The translations under genes were made by a program, and so were the position numbers. Below are positions 39,556 through 52,259 of a DNA stretch of 64,000 bases, piece by piece. The number at the start of each line of letters is the position of its first letter. The first letter of the stretch is position 1. The stretch is from Octopus sinensis (lineage: Eukaryota). The DNA lies in NCBI RefSeq assembly GCF_006345805.1, contig NC_043010.1, positions 25,668,001 to 25,732,000 on the forward strand, written 5' to 3'. Under the pieces are notes generated by a model. The model saw only the letters and a program-made list of their open reading frames with translations. It was not told the origin of the DNA and made no database searches.

Positions 39556-42500
39556 ACCTTTAAATCAGAAAAAGTAAACTTCAAAGAGAATTGAGAGAGT
39601 CCAACATGGACCAGATCATTGGCATGGAGTTCCACCATATCTGCTACAAGACACTTCATATACATACTGGATTTGTCAGTCACTCTCAAACGCATTCATC
39701 TTAAATCCTTCAGACCCATGATTGATGTTATAGTCGTCAACCATAAAGATGGGCTAAACAAAGCAATAAATTCCATTAGTTATATTTTCTGCTTTTTTTT
39801 TTAAACTAAAATATAATTTGTGAAGACAGGGCTGTGTAGTTATAAGAAATTTGTTTCTCAAACTACAAGGTTCTCTGTTTGATTCTATTTCACATGACCT
39901 GACAAATGTCTTTTAATCTGCCACCAGATTTACTAAAGTTTTGTAAAGAATATTTGATAGACACAAACTACGTGACAGTTCACCATTCGTGTCTGTGTGC
40001 ATGTACACATTCTTATATAGATGTATGGGCAAGCACACACACACACATGCATATATATATATTTGAGAATACCCATGAAATCGTAGTCATGGCTGATGCT
40101 GGTGTCACATAATTGGCACTCGTCTCAGTGGAACATAAAGGGCACCTTTCAAGCATTGGACCTCATGGAGGAAAAGTGGCTGAGTTCCTTTTGAGCGTTG
40201 GGTTTCACAGAGGCAATGACCAAGACCTTTGGTACTATGTCATGCTTGAGAAGAAGACCCATCAGTTCGAGCAGAACTGCAGTCGTGGCAGATACTGGTG
40301 TCATGCAAATAGCACCTGTGCTGGTGGCACGTAAAAGTACCCATGACACTCTCAAAGTAGTTGGCATTAAGAAGGGCAACCAGCCATAGAAAACCATGCC
40401 AAATCAGACTGGAGTCTGGTGCAGCCTTCCAGCTCCAGCCAAACCGTCCAACCCATGCCAGCATGGACAATGAATGTTAAATGATGATGGTGTTACTTCT
40501 TGCAGTTCCCATCTACCAAATCCACTCACAAGACTTTGGCCTGCCTGGGGTTATAGTAGAAGGCATTTGCCCAAGGTGACATGTAATGGGAATGAACCCA
40601 GAACCATGTGGCTGGGAAGCAAACTTCTTAGTACACAGCCATGCTTGCACTTCATGCATACACTCACATATCATCATCATCATCATCATCATCATCTCAT
40701 CATCATCATCATCATCATCGTCATCGTCATCATCATCATCATCGTCATCATCATCTCTGAGAGACTGTGATGCTCATATCAACATTAGGATGCTGATATA
40801 AAAAACATAAAAAATAACAAAAAACCATCTTACTATATGTCATTTTGTCAGTTTTTGAAACACTTGACCACTTATTTGTTCTGCTATTCTGCACTATAGA
40901 CGGTACTACATCACCCTAATTTCATCACTTAGGCAGATAGAATTAAATGGCTTTACTTATACGCAAATTAGGAAGCCATTATTTACTGTGAGAACCAATT
41001 AAAAATAAAACAAAACAAAAAACCCCACCTTACCTTTTTAGCTACTCACTCCCTCATGTTTTATTATATTGAAATAAACCTTACTCTCCCACCCTCCTCC
41101 TATAGTTTATTCTTTCTGTTTAGTTTATTCTAAATCATTTATGTCAGCATTAATCCACTTTTTTTCTTATATTTTTGTTGGATTTTTAAATTTTCTTTCT
41201 TGGTCTAATTTTCTAATTCTAATTGCTGCCATTTATGACCAGCTGACAACACCTCTTCACCTAGTTCCCACTATCTCTTCTCATCACATAATCACACTAC
41301 TCGAGTCGCCTCTTGCCAGCAACACCTGATGTCTCCATTCCCAATAGCTGCCAATTTCTTGTTCTTCACTTAACTTTCAAACATACACATCTAGGTGTAC
41401 ATACAAGGAGTCTATCTTATTTCCTTTAGCTGGGTTTTCCATTTTACTTTCCTTTTTCTTTAAATAGCAAAATTACTTTAAGGACCTGACAGAACTAAAA
41501 TGAATAATGTATGTATGTGTTAACATGTCAGATGCATATGTATGTAAATTATATTTTGATGTGGATTTTTGTTGTTATCCAAACATCAAATATGTTTAAC
41601 CATTTTGTTACCATATTTTCATTGAAATTCACTATCATTAGTTTTGGAAATAATGAAGAATTTATTAAAATGACTTTTCTTTCTCTCAAGCTGGTATCTG
41701 GAATATGAAATAACAAGAAATTTTGATGCAAGATTTCTAATTTAGATCACACCAATTCTTTAGCATTTAAACTGGTAGAGCACCTTGGGCATCTTCTACC
41801 ATAGTTCAGGCTGGCTAATGCCTTGTGGGTAAATTTTCATAAATGGAAACTACATAGAAGTACATCGTGTGTGTGTGTGTGTGACTTTGTGCTCATCCCC
41901 TCATTAATAGTGTTGGTTTGTTTATGTTCCTGTAACTTAGCAGTTTGGCAAAAGAGATCAATAGAATAAGTACCAAACTTAAGAATAAATACAAAGGGCA
42001 ATTTGTTCACCTAAAAGGTGTTGCCCCAGCATGGCCGTAGTCCAATAACTGAAATAAGTAAAAGATAAAGCAGCATCTGACCAAGAGTGAAAGGTTCAAT
42101 TCCCTGCCACGAGAAACCAAGGATCAATTCCCCACTATCATCATCATCATTTAATATCCATCTTCCATGCTGGCATGGATTGGATGCTTTAGCAGGATCT
42201 GACAAGCCAGAAGAGTGTGTGAAGCTCCAATGTCTATTTTGGCATGGTTTCTGTAAATGGATATAACACCAGTGCTAGTGGGGTCACCAAATATCTTGTC
42301 CCACAAAGAAAATATCTTCTCAACTAAGTGGGAGTGCTGTGTTGAGGGAGGTGGCTTTATACCAGGTGTTGAGAGGCAATATATAACTTCCCTACCTTGG
42401 ACATTCAATACACCTGATAGAATTGTAAGAGAGTCATTGTGAAATACACTACCCTCTGGACATCATTTTTAACTTAGTCGACTCTTTTCTTTTCTGGGTC

Positions 42501-42909
42501 AAAATATTGGTAAATTCTTTCATATTACATGGAAGTCAATAAACATAGAAACCAATGGGAAGAATACATCTTGCGTTACAGAACTCTACATTGCAATAAA
42601 ATTGTTAAACATGCAATGCCCCTATCACAGTAGGGTTGCCTATATAAATGTGTTTACACACATGTACCCTGCCCTCCCCCACATATATAAAGAGAAAGAG
42701 AGAAACATCTCTCTCTTTATTTATATATATACATACACACACATGCATATACACACACACAAACATATATATATATAGAGAGAGAGAGATAGATAGATAG
42801 ATAGATAGATAGATATATACATACACACACAAGTACAAGTGTGTATGTGTGTGTGTGTATATATATATGTATATATATATATGTATATATATATGTGTGT
42901 GTGTATATA

Positions 42910-42955
<46 letters not shown>

Positions 42956-43001
42956 CAAGTCAAAAATAGAAAATGCTAAGATAATTTTATAGTGAATCTT
43001 T

Positions 43002-43039
43002 CAGTACCGGTTTCGGTCATTTTGAGACCTTTTCAACTG
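43002..43039 (-). ncRNA. Mirror copy of the hammerhead motif in the left arm of palindrome 2
   Basis: Reverse complement of 43281-43318. Confidence 0.72.
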
Positions 43040-43280
43040 TAACGATTAAATAATTAAATTTAGAAAAATTAGAAGAAAAGTTTTTTTAAAAGAATATTTC
43101 TATAGTAGTGTTCAGATATAAGTAGCATTCTGCCTTTCTCTGACTCCCTTGTTTGCACTTGTGTGTTCGGGGTCGTTGTGAGAAAGGCAGAATGCTATTT
43201 ATATCTGAACACTACTATAGAAATATTCTTTTAAAAAAACTTTTCTTCTAATTTTTCTAAATTTAATTATTTAATCGTTA

Positions 43281-43318
43281 CAGTTGAAAAGGTCTCAAAA
43301 TGACCGAAACCGGTACTG
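43281..43318 (+). ncRNA. Minimal type I hammerhead ribozyme motif, U3-A8 core variant (predicted cleavage after A43315)
   Basis: CAG-UUGAAAA-GGUC(UCAAAAU)GACC-GAAA-C(CG)G-UA-CUG: compensatory U3/A8 in place of C3/G8, 4-bp helix II, palindromic ACCGGU helix III. Confidence 0.72.
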
Positions 43319-44059
43319 AAAGATTCACTATAAAATTATCTTAGCATTTTCTATTTTTGACTTGTTTTTACATATATATCAACTCGTGTGTTTCTTTCCA
43401 CCCTTATATATATATAAAGAGAGAGAGAGAGAGAGGTCTCTCTCTTTCTCTTTACATATGTGTGTGTGTGTGGTAAGGTACGTGTGTAAATATATATATA
43501 TATATAGAATATACACAAATGTATTTATGTGTGTATTTGTATGTATATATGTAAAGTTGTGTGTACATGTGTGTGTGTGTCTAAGTGTGACTTACAATTT
43601 CAGTTAATGTATTCACATTTAGAATCTTCCTTATAATTATTAACCAGAACTATAACAATATTTATAACAACATCAATAAAATTACTTCTGCTTCAACTCG
43701 CTTCTGATATTAATTAAATAAATATAATTAAACTCTGTCTGAACCTTGACTGAACTCCTGCTCCCTGATCACATGTCATCTTGTATATCTTAAGACCATC
43801 TTGCAAAATATATTATTGCTAGCTCTCCTGTCCCTCTTTCACAAATCCAGTTACCAATATCTCCTCTAAACCTGTTACCAATGTAGGAATTACTGCAGCA
43901 TTTTCAGAACATGAATGACTGGATTTATTTCTGAATATTATTTCTTTATTTATTCATATCTTCTGTAATTAAAGTTTGCATTTGAGATCAGGCGCTCTGT
44001 AAGATTTTCATATCGTTGTCATCGTCATCATTCTCATCATCATTATCATCATTAAAGCT

Positions 44060-44725
44060 GCATGCTTGCAAAATCATTTGCTCGGCAGCAATTCTTCTGT
44101 GTCTCTATGTTCTGAGTTCAAATTCTGTTACAGTTGACTTTGCTAATCTTTTCATTCTTCCAAAGAGCAGTAAAATAAGTACCCATTGGCTACTGGGGTT
44201 GAAGAAATTAACCAGCCCCTTACCCCACCCCTTAAAATTGCTGACAATTCTGCCTACAGTACAAAGAATTATTATCATAGGCAGTGAGCTGGCAGAGTCG
44301 ATAGGATGCTGGACAAATTGCTTAGCAGCATTTTGTGCATCTTTATATTCTGAGTTCAAATTCCATGGAAGTCAGCTTTGCCTTTCATCCTTTCAGAGTT
44401 AATAAAATAAGTCCTAGTCGAACACTGGGGTTCATGTAATTGACTTATCTTGTCTCCTGAAATTGCTGGCCTTGTGCCACAATTTGAAATCATTATTTTT
44501 AAGGCAATGAGCTGGCGGAATCAATAGTGTGCTGAGCAAAATGCTGAGCAGCATTTCATCTGATTTTACATCCTAAGCTCAAATGCTGCCGAGGTCGGCT
44601 TTGCTTTTCATCTTTCCAAGGTTGGTGAAATAAATACCATTTGAACAGTGAGGTTAATAAAAGAAAGCACCTGTTGTCAACTAGTCCCCCTCCCTTTAAA
44701 ATTGTTGGCCTTGCCCTAAATTTAG
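44060..44725 (+). mobile_element. Three tandem SINE family-B copies
   Basis: Units at about 44060-44270, 44280-44490 and 44500-44725, each with a gagctggc.gaa head (degenerate in the first unit) and joined by short attatt spacers. Confidence 0.85.
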
Positions 44726-46019
44726 AAACAACTGTTATAATTTTTATTCAAATGGGAGAGGTAACTTGCATTAGGGGCTCAGGTTGACAGTGTTTTTGTT
44801 TTGTGGGGTTACCATGAGTAAACCCTCGGAGGTCTCCTCCTTTTGGGGGAATTTTACTTTGTATTTGTTATTGCCTTTATTTTGGTTTTTTTTTTCTAAA
44901 ATTTTGAAACCTTATTATGAATTCAGGAAAATTATTTAAATCAATAAGACATGGCTCAGCAAAAAGATGTTTGAAAAAGTTGCTTGACTCAAAAAATTGG
45001 TATCTTTTTTTCACAGAGACAAAAAACCAAAAATTCTAGCATTTTTATACATTTCTGAAACATGTTTCATAACTCTAGAAAATGAAAGCCAACTTGTTTT
45101 AGAAAGTGATAATAGTATTTTTGTATCCAATAATGACAACGAAAAAATATGGAAATATTTCAAATTTTATATTTTCACAGTTGAGTTACTGAAAAAAAAT
45201 ATAGAAAACAAGTAAATTCTCATAGCTACTGATTCAATATCAACTTGAAATTTACCAAAAGAATGTCAAACTGCATGGCAATAAACATGAGCAGAACAAC
45301 CAAGGTCTTTAATTTTATCATTCAAAAGATTTTTGAATTTATGAAAATAAAAAACGGTTTCCTGACCTTTATGACTGATTCCTCTAAAATTCAAATTAGC
45401 ATTTGCCTGTTGCAAAATGCTACATATTTTTTTTTCCTTGAGATATTCCATCAATCGCCCAAGCATTTCTTTTTATACTTTAACTACACTTTCCGTTCTT
45501 TCGTTCAGTAGAAGTAGGCAATAGTAAAACCTTTACTTTACTTTTATTTCAGTTTGGAAATACAATAATTAACGGGTAGTGTGATGGAAGGGGACGGAAC
45601 TTTTCTTGTTTTAATGGTTACTGGTCTCTATCTGAAGAATACTATAAGAACCACAATTTTCCAAATCTTTTTAAAATGTCATCATCATCATCATCACCAT
45701 TACCATCACCATCACCATCATCATCATCATCATCATCATCATTATCACCATCATCATTACCATCATCATCACTATCATCATCATTGTTTAATGTCCGTTT
45801 CCCATTCTGCCATGGGTTAGACAATTTGACAGGATCAGGTGAGCTGCAAGGTTGTACCAAGCTTCCATTGACAGGTTATTTTTTTTTAACATGCTGTTTC
45901 TAGGGACCACATCAGTCAGTTTACCCTTGCTTTGTTTTAAGCTGCTAGAGTGTGATTTGAGGGAAATTTAGTTCAGAAACATTTAAAATAAAATAAATAA
46001 ATAAATAAATAAATAAACA

Positions 46020-46470
46020 TAGGCGTAGGAGTGGCTGTGTGGAAAGTTTCTTGCTTACCAACCACATGGTTCTGGGTTCAGTCCCACTGTGTGACACCTT
46101 CTGCAAGTCTCTTCTACTATAGCCTTGGGGCGACCAAAGCCTTGTGAGTGGATTTGGTAGATAGAAACTGAAAGAAGCGCGTCATATATATATATATTTA
46201 TGTATGTTTGTATGTATGTATGTATGTATGTATGTATGTATGTGTGTATGTGTATACATTTGTATGTCTGTGTTTGTGCCCCCACCATTGCTTGACAACC
46301 AATGTTGGTGTGCTTACATCCCCATAACTTAGTGGTTAGGCAAAAGAGACCACTAGAATAAGTGCCAGGCTTACAAAGAATATGTCCTGGGGTTGATTTC
46401 TTCAGCTAAAAGGTGGTGCTCCAGCATGGCTGCAGTCAAATGACTGCAACAAATAAAAGAATAAAAGAAA
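46020..46470 (+). mobile_element. SINE family A, full length
   Basis: ggcgtaggagtggctgtgtgg head and typical tail. Confidence 0.9.
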
Positions 46471-46689
46471 ATCCGAGTGGCACATTATATTGATAAAAAG
46501 ATGCATTAGTTTAAATATCTTCATGGTTTTGTTGTATAGTTGGCCACATTGTTCTAAATGTGGCCAATTCTTCATTGGTTTATTTTCTTGAGACATTCTT
46601 TATCATTACCACCATTATCATCAACTTGCAGTTTTCCATAATGTAGTGGATTAGATCAGTTTGCATCTTAACATCTTCCCAATTATTAT

Positions 46690-46905
46690 TTGGCAGTGAG
46701 CTGGCAGAATTGTTAGCACACCAGGCGAAATGCTTGCCAATATTTCATCTGTCTTCATGTTCTGGGTTCAAATTCCACCAAGGTCGACTTTGTCTTTCAT
46801 CCTTTTGGGGTTGATAAATTAAGTACCAGTGAAACACTGGGGTTGATGTGATTGACTAGTTCCCTCCCCCAAATTTCAGGCCTTATGCCTATAGTAGAAA
46901 GAATT
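46690..46905 (+). mobile_element. SINE family B ending in (ATT)n
   Basis: gcagtgagctggcagaattgttagcac...gcctatagtagaaagaattattatt. Confidence 0.88.
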
Positions 46906-46927
46906 ATTATTATTATTATTATTATCA

Positions 46928-47473
46928 TTCAGTAGTTTTATTTTTATAGCATGCTTTCACTTCACTACCGAGCGCAGCTCTGTGTGCCTTGGGTATGTAC
47001 TGTGATTTGTTGTGATGCTCTGATGGTTATTGTATGGAAAGTGTTCTGCGTAGGATGTGTGCAGTGCCTAGTAGTGCAATTTTCTGTATGTTATATGTGT
47101 TTGTAAGTCCTGGTGTTTTTGCTATGTATTTGTCTGAATATTTTTTTTATCATGCCTAATGCACCTACTATGATAGGAATTGTTTCTGTTTCTAGGTTCC
47201 ACATTCTGGTTGCCTCTATTTCCAGGTCTTTGTATTTTGAGAGTTTCTCCATTTCTTTTAGAGACACGTTGTCATCTGCCGGGATTGATACATCAATTAG
47301 AAAGCATTTTTTTTCTTCATGATCTCTGACAACTATATCTGGCCTGTTGGCCTTAATTTCTCTATCTGTGTGTATCGGCATATCCCAGAGTATGGTTGCT
47401 TTCTCGTTTTCTGTGACCTTTTCTGGTGTGTGCCTATACCATCTTTTTTCTGTTGTTATTCCATAATGTTGGC
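46928..47473 (-). mobile_element. R4/Dong-type LINE 3' fragment with a restriction-like endonuclease domain
   Basis: MPIHTDREIKANRPDIVVRDHEEKKCFLIDVSIPADDNVSLKEMEKLSKYKDLEIE..MWN...IPIIVGALG shows the PD..D..K..KY RLE signature. (ATT)n on both sides. Confidence 0.9.
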
Positions 47474-47499
47474 ATTATTATTATTATTATTATTATTTT

Positions 47500-47805
47500 C
47501 TCTTTATCACCGGTTTTGCTGGAGCTCCTGGAGTCTTGTATGCATAGTGGGCTGACTACCTGCAGCCTACAGTGCTATGCCATTCGTTCTTTTCCGCATC
47601 TAATACTTACCTGATTATTTTGGCCTTGCCAAGGAAGCAAACCTTTTGTTACAGTTCTACTGGGCACTCTATTCTAATTTCCTTTATATTCCTCTTTATA
47701 TATCCAATTTCCTTTATATTTCCTTTATATGCCTTCTTATACTGTTCCCAAGGACCCAACAATAATTGGCACTATCTTCACTTTCTTCATTTTCCATAAC
47801 CAGGG
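47500..47805 (-). mobile_element. Second, older R4/Dong C-terminal fragment in tandem
   Basis: MKKVKIVPIIVGSLGTV ... IECPVEL*QKVCFLGKAKIIR*VLDA, with the (ATT)n tract at 47474-47497 as its 3' flank. Confidence 0.75.
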
Positions 47806-47814
47806 TTATTATTA

Positions 47815-48030
47815 GGGTGATGGAGTGACAGAATCCTTAGAGCACCAGAAAAAAGATGCTTTACGGCATTCATTCAGGCTTTCTATGTTGTGATTTCAAA
47901 TCCCATCAATGTCACCTGTACCCTTTATTCTTTTGGGGGCCAATAAAATAAGTACCAGTTCAGCACTTGGATTTAATTGGCAAACCCTCTCCTTCTAAAA
48001 TTACTGGCCTTGTGCCAAAATTAGAAACAA
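47815..48030 (+). mobile_element. Decayed SINE family B
   Basis: aataaaataagtaccag...ggccttgtgccaaaattagaaacaattattatc. Confidence 0.7.
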
Positions 48031-50544
48031 TTATTATCATCATCAACATCATCTTCATTATCGTTATCACCATCCCTTGTAAAGTTCCATTCCCTCACTA
48101 TTTCACTCAAGCTAACAACAGAAACTCTATGCAGTTGCTTGGCCTGTTAGAAGTAGCTGCCACATCTCTCAGGCCCTCATCTGTTATCTCTATTTCTAAA
48201 AAAACTGGGCACATTGGACAATGTAATCTTAGATAAACTGTGTCTAGAAAAAAATGACAGGGTAGCCTTGACAGGAATGCCTTCAATCATGTCTGTTACT
48301 AATTCTCTGCTTCATTTACCAGCTTTGAATTTTTTCAGTTCCTCACATTACTTATCCTCATTGCAAGCCAATGAAGGAATCTCTTTATGGTTATTGATCC
48401 TACTAGAAATAGCAGCCAAATTTCCCTCAAATCACATTCTTGTCTGTTTTCAAGAAAGAAAGAATGCATTAAATAAAATAGTCTGATACAGATAAAAAAA
48501 AAAAAAAACTCTGGGTGACACAGCTAGAATGCCTTTTATCATAGATCTACCCAAGTAGTGCTGACCAGGGATTAAACAATAATAGATCATCTTCACCGCG
48601 TATCCTCATGTTTAAACTAACCTTCACATCGTTTATATCATGGGTACCATTTAACGAATGCTTAACCATACTGTATCATCTCTAGTCTTTGTTCGCTCTT
48701 TCTGGCTTATTTCATGAGAAGGAAATTTAGAGAAATTTTATCTTTCAGCTTCTAATGGCGAGATACATGAAGTGACTTAGATTTATATGATAATTTGTAA
48801 GACAATCTCTCTCTTTCATTGATGTCAGCCGGCTATGCATGTAGTATACGATTACTGAAAGTGGTAACTTTATAATTTGGCAGTAATGAATTATTTGATG
48901 TTTCTCATGGATAAAAATTTTACATTGGAAACTACAGAGTTCCAGATAAACCCATTGCAACTTAAGCAGTGGTAAAAAAAGAAAACAAAAAAGAACCTAT
49001 CTCCTTCATGTAATTATTCAAGGAATGCTATGCCTCACAGTAAACTGTAGGGTTAACTCTCTAAGCTACATAAAAACTTCCAGCTACAAAAGGGCCACAG
49101 TCAGAGTTGGAGGGGTATTGGCTGTAGGAACACAAGCTTTTAAACTGTAGGTTTGTATTCAAGTGACGAGATGATTTCTGAGACTATTCATCATCACCAC
49201 CATAGTTTATCACCCACTTTTCCATGTTTGCATGGGTCAGATGGAATTTATTGAGGTAGATGTCTTTTGGCCAATGCTCTTCCTGTCGCCAATTTTTCAT
49301 CAATCTTTCTCCCTTTCCTGATGAGATAACCATACAGAGTTGATTATGATGATGATGACAATGATGAGGATGACGATGATGACAGTGATAACAATGATGA
49401 TGATGATGATGACAATCATGATGATGACAATCATGATGATGATCATGGTGATGACGATCATGATGACGATGACAATCATGATGATGACAATAACTATGAC
49501 GATAATGTTGACAATGATGATGATGATGTGGTGCAAAAGTCAGTTCACTAATAAAGAAGGTAAAATATTAATTCACAAGTTGCTAGTTGCTATCACATCC
49601 TAATTTATCTTCAACAGCTTAATGGTGGTGGTGGTGGGGGGAGGGGGCAACGGTTCTTTTCTTCGAATGTACACAACTTCAGTCAGCTTCTTTCTCTTCT
49701 CTGCTCCAGATTTCATCCTTTTTCTACACAGTGTGATGACTCTCTTCTATTATCATCATTGATGAGATGAAGCAATCCTAAACATCCTACACTCTCTAGT
49801 AGCCAAAGAAGCTCTTGTCTAGTTCTACTTAGCCACCTATGACTCATAAGTAGCCTGTATTAAGAGCAGTTGATTAACTGCAGCCTTGCTTTATAAAGAA
49901 GCCTTAATGGGTTTACATATCAAATTTCTTTCCATGGATATTTGATCTATTCATCATCTCTTTGTTGTTGTATCTGTTGTCACTTATCCCTAGGCCATCC
50001 CCATTGAAGCAGGCGTATGATCCAAGGCACTCCAACTATGACCATCCTGTTTTTGTCCTTTTTTTTTTTAAGATGGTAGGTTGTGATTTGTAAAATATTC
50101 AGCTGCTGTTTCTAGCAAGTCGAATGACCATATTTGAAGTTTCTGCATTGACAGTCTTCCTTTTGTTGTTTTTTGTTTTTTTGTTTACTCCTGAGTCAGC
50201 CTAGATGGAGCAGATTTATGATCAAAATAATGATCATCCAGTCAATTTTTTTTCTTTCTAGACAAAATATGTTGAACCATATTGCTCAGTGTGTCCTTCC
50301 TCTCTTAAAACTTAAAAATATGATTTGAGATAGTTTTTGTTGCTATTTCTAACAGACAAACAACTGCATCAAGACACCTTTGTTTGTGTCTCACTATTCC
50401 ATCTTTAACCTTACGTTATTTTCAGAAACTCTAGATTTGCTCAAACCAGTGTCGGGATTAATAACTACATTATTATTTTGTCTAAGAAAATATATATCCA
50501 GTCGAGTCTCTGTGTGTGGGGGAGGTATGTCTTTTATGTTTTAC

Positions 50545-50920
50545 TTATTTCAGTTATTAGACTGGGGCCATGCTGGAGCACCACCTTGAAGAACTTTTAG
50601 TTGAATAAATCAACTCAGTACTTTTCATTTTTTTAAGCCTGGTACCAATCCTATCAATCTCTTTTGCCAAATCCCTAGGTTACAGGGATGTGAACAAACC
50701 AACACCTGTTGTCAAGCAGATGTGAGGAACAAACGTAGGCACAAAGACACACACACACACATTCACACCTTTATATATATGGCAGACTTCTTTCTGTTTC
50801 CATCAACCAAATCCACTTACAAGGCTACAATAGAAAACACTTGCCCAAGGTGCCATGCAGTGGAATTGAACCTGAAACCATGTGGTTGGGAAGCAAATTT
50901 CTTAACCACACAGTCATGCT
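50545..50920 (-). mobile_element. SINE family A, reverse orientation
   Basis: Reverse complement of the family A motifs. Confidence 0.8.
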
Positions 50921-51227
50921 TGTACCTTGTATGTATGTATATAATATGTATTTCTCTGAGATGATATTAGTTGATGAATCAAGGTCATTTTAACTTTATT
51001 TATCTGTAATTTTATATAAAATGCAAAATTTAAACCAGGACTTATGTTCACTGCAAAACTCTTAACCTTTGCCCCAGTTATATTGTGTAGGAAGGGTATC
51101 CAGCCATAGAAACCATGTTGTAGTCTTTGGCTATGTTGGATCTTGTCAATCTATCCAACCATGATGATGATTATGATGATGACAATGATGACAACGACGA
51201 TGACAGTGGTGATTGCCACCACAGATA

Positions 51228-51464
51228 ATCAGAAAACAGATTCCATCACACTCCAAGGGGAGAAACTAGAAGTAGTTGATAGCTTCCGCTACCTAGGTGA
51301 CCAAGTTAGTAGTGGAGGTGGATGCTCAGTGAGTGTCACCACTAGAATAAGAATAGCCTGGGTAAAGTTTAGAAAGCTTCTTCCCCTGCTGGCATGCAAG
51401 GGTTTCTCACTCAGAATGAAAGATAGATTATACGACGCATGTGTGCGAACTGCCATGCTACCTG
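51228..51464 (+). mobile_element. Internal RTE fragment (same family as 12070-13305)
   Basis: LQGEKLEVVDSFRYLGDQVSSGGGCS..RIRIAWVKFRKLLPLL..RLYDACVRTAML. Confidence 0.88.
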
Positions 51465-51750
51465 GTATCTGAGCTAGGTAGCAATCAGCTCCTTTTGCTA
51501 TCATTCCTAGGGTACCTATGACAACAGGTATTGTTTTAGTCTTCAGGTTCCACATTTTGCCAATTTCTATTTCAATATCTTTATACTTGCTCAGTTTTTG
51601 GTAGGTCTTGACAGATTGTATATATTAATTGAGACAGTCGTATCAATGAGGAGGCATGATTTTCATCTGAAGTCTTTCAATATAATGTTTGGCCTATTTG
51701 CATCTGTCTTTCTGTCAGTTTGAACAGTGAAATTTCAAAGGAGTGGTATG
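51465..51750 (-). mobile_element. R4/Dong RLE-domain fragment abutting the RTE fragment
   Basis: ...KLSKYKDIEIEIGKMWNLKTKTIPVVIGTLGMIAKGADCYLAQIPG. Confidence 0.85.
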
Positions 51751-51805
51751 TGTTCATTTTCAAGCACTGGAGGTGGTTTGTGTTCCCACCAGTTTTTATC
51801 ATTTC

Positions 51806-51864
51806 ATCATCATCGTCATCATCATCGTCATCGTCATCGTCATCGCCATCGCCATCGCCATCGC

Positions 51865-51935
<71 letters not shown>
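51806..51935. repeat. (CAT)n/(CGT)/(CGC) compound microsatellite
   Basis: Direct reading. Confidence 0.9.
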
Positions 51936-52259
51936 GTAAGGCAGTAAGCTGGCAGAATTATTTCCAGACAAAAGGGTTTAGTGGCATCTCTTACAGCTTT
52001 ATGTTGTGAGTTCAAATTTCACTGAAGTTGACCTAACAATTAATATTTTAATCATGTCTCAATAGAAATATGGTGAAAAAGGGTCAACTGGTTCTTATTT
52101 CAGTTGCACTCACCTGCTCTTAGAATGAAAAACAAAGTCGACCTTGAAAAGGTATTCAACTTAATACTGCAAAGCAATTCATCTATGTCTCTTCTGATTC
52201 TGTTAGCATGTGTGTGTGGTGGGGGGGGGATATATAATGATGATGATGATGATGATAAT

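Larger units (their letters stand above)
42951..43369. mobile_element. Fold-back palindrome 2 (190-bp arms, one mismatch seen, 39-nt loop) in (TA)n, probable Penelope-like terminus
   Basis: 42951-43140 is the reverse complement of 43180-43369. It is flanked by (TA)-rich tracts and has a hammerhead motif in each arm. Confidence 0.85.

Noticed and set aside
39640-39755. Minus-strand exon candidate PIFMVDDYNINHGSEGFKMNAFESD
   Set aside because: All frames hit a stop before the nearest good donor.
47603-47613. atacttacctg, identical to the U1 snRNA 5' end or a perfect minus-strand donor
   Set aside because: It lies inside the decayed Dong C-terminal coding remnant and no further U1 sequence follows.
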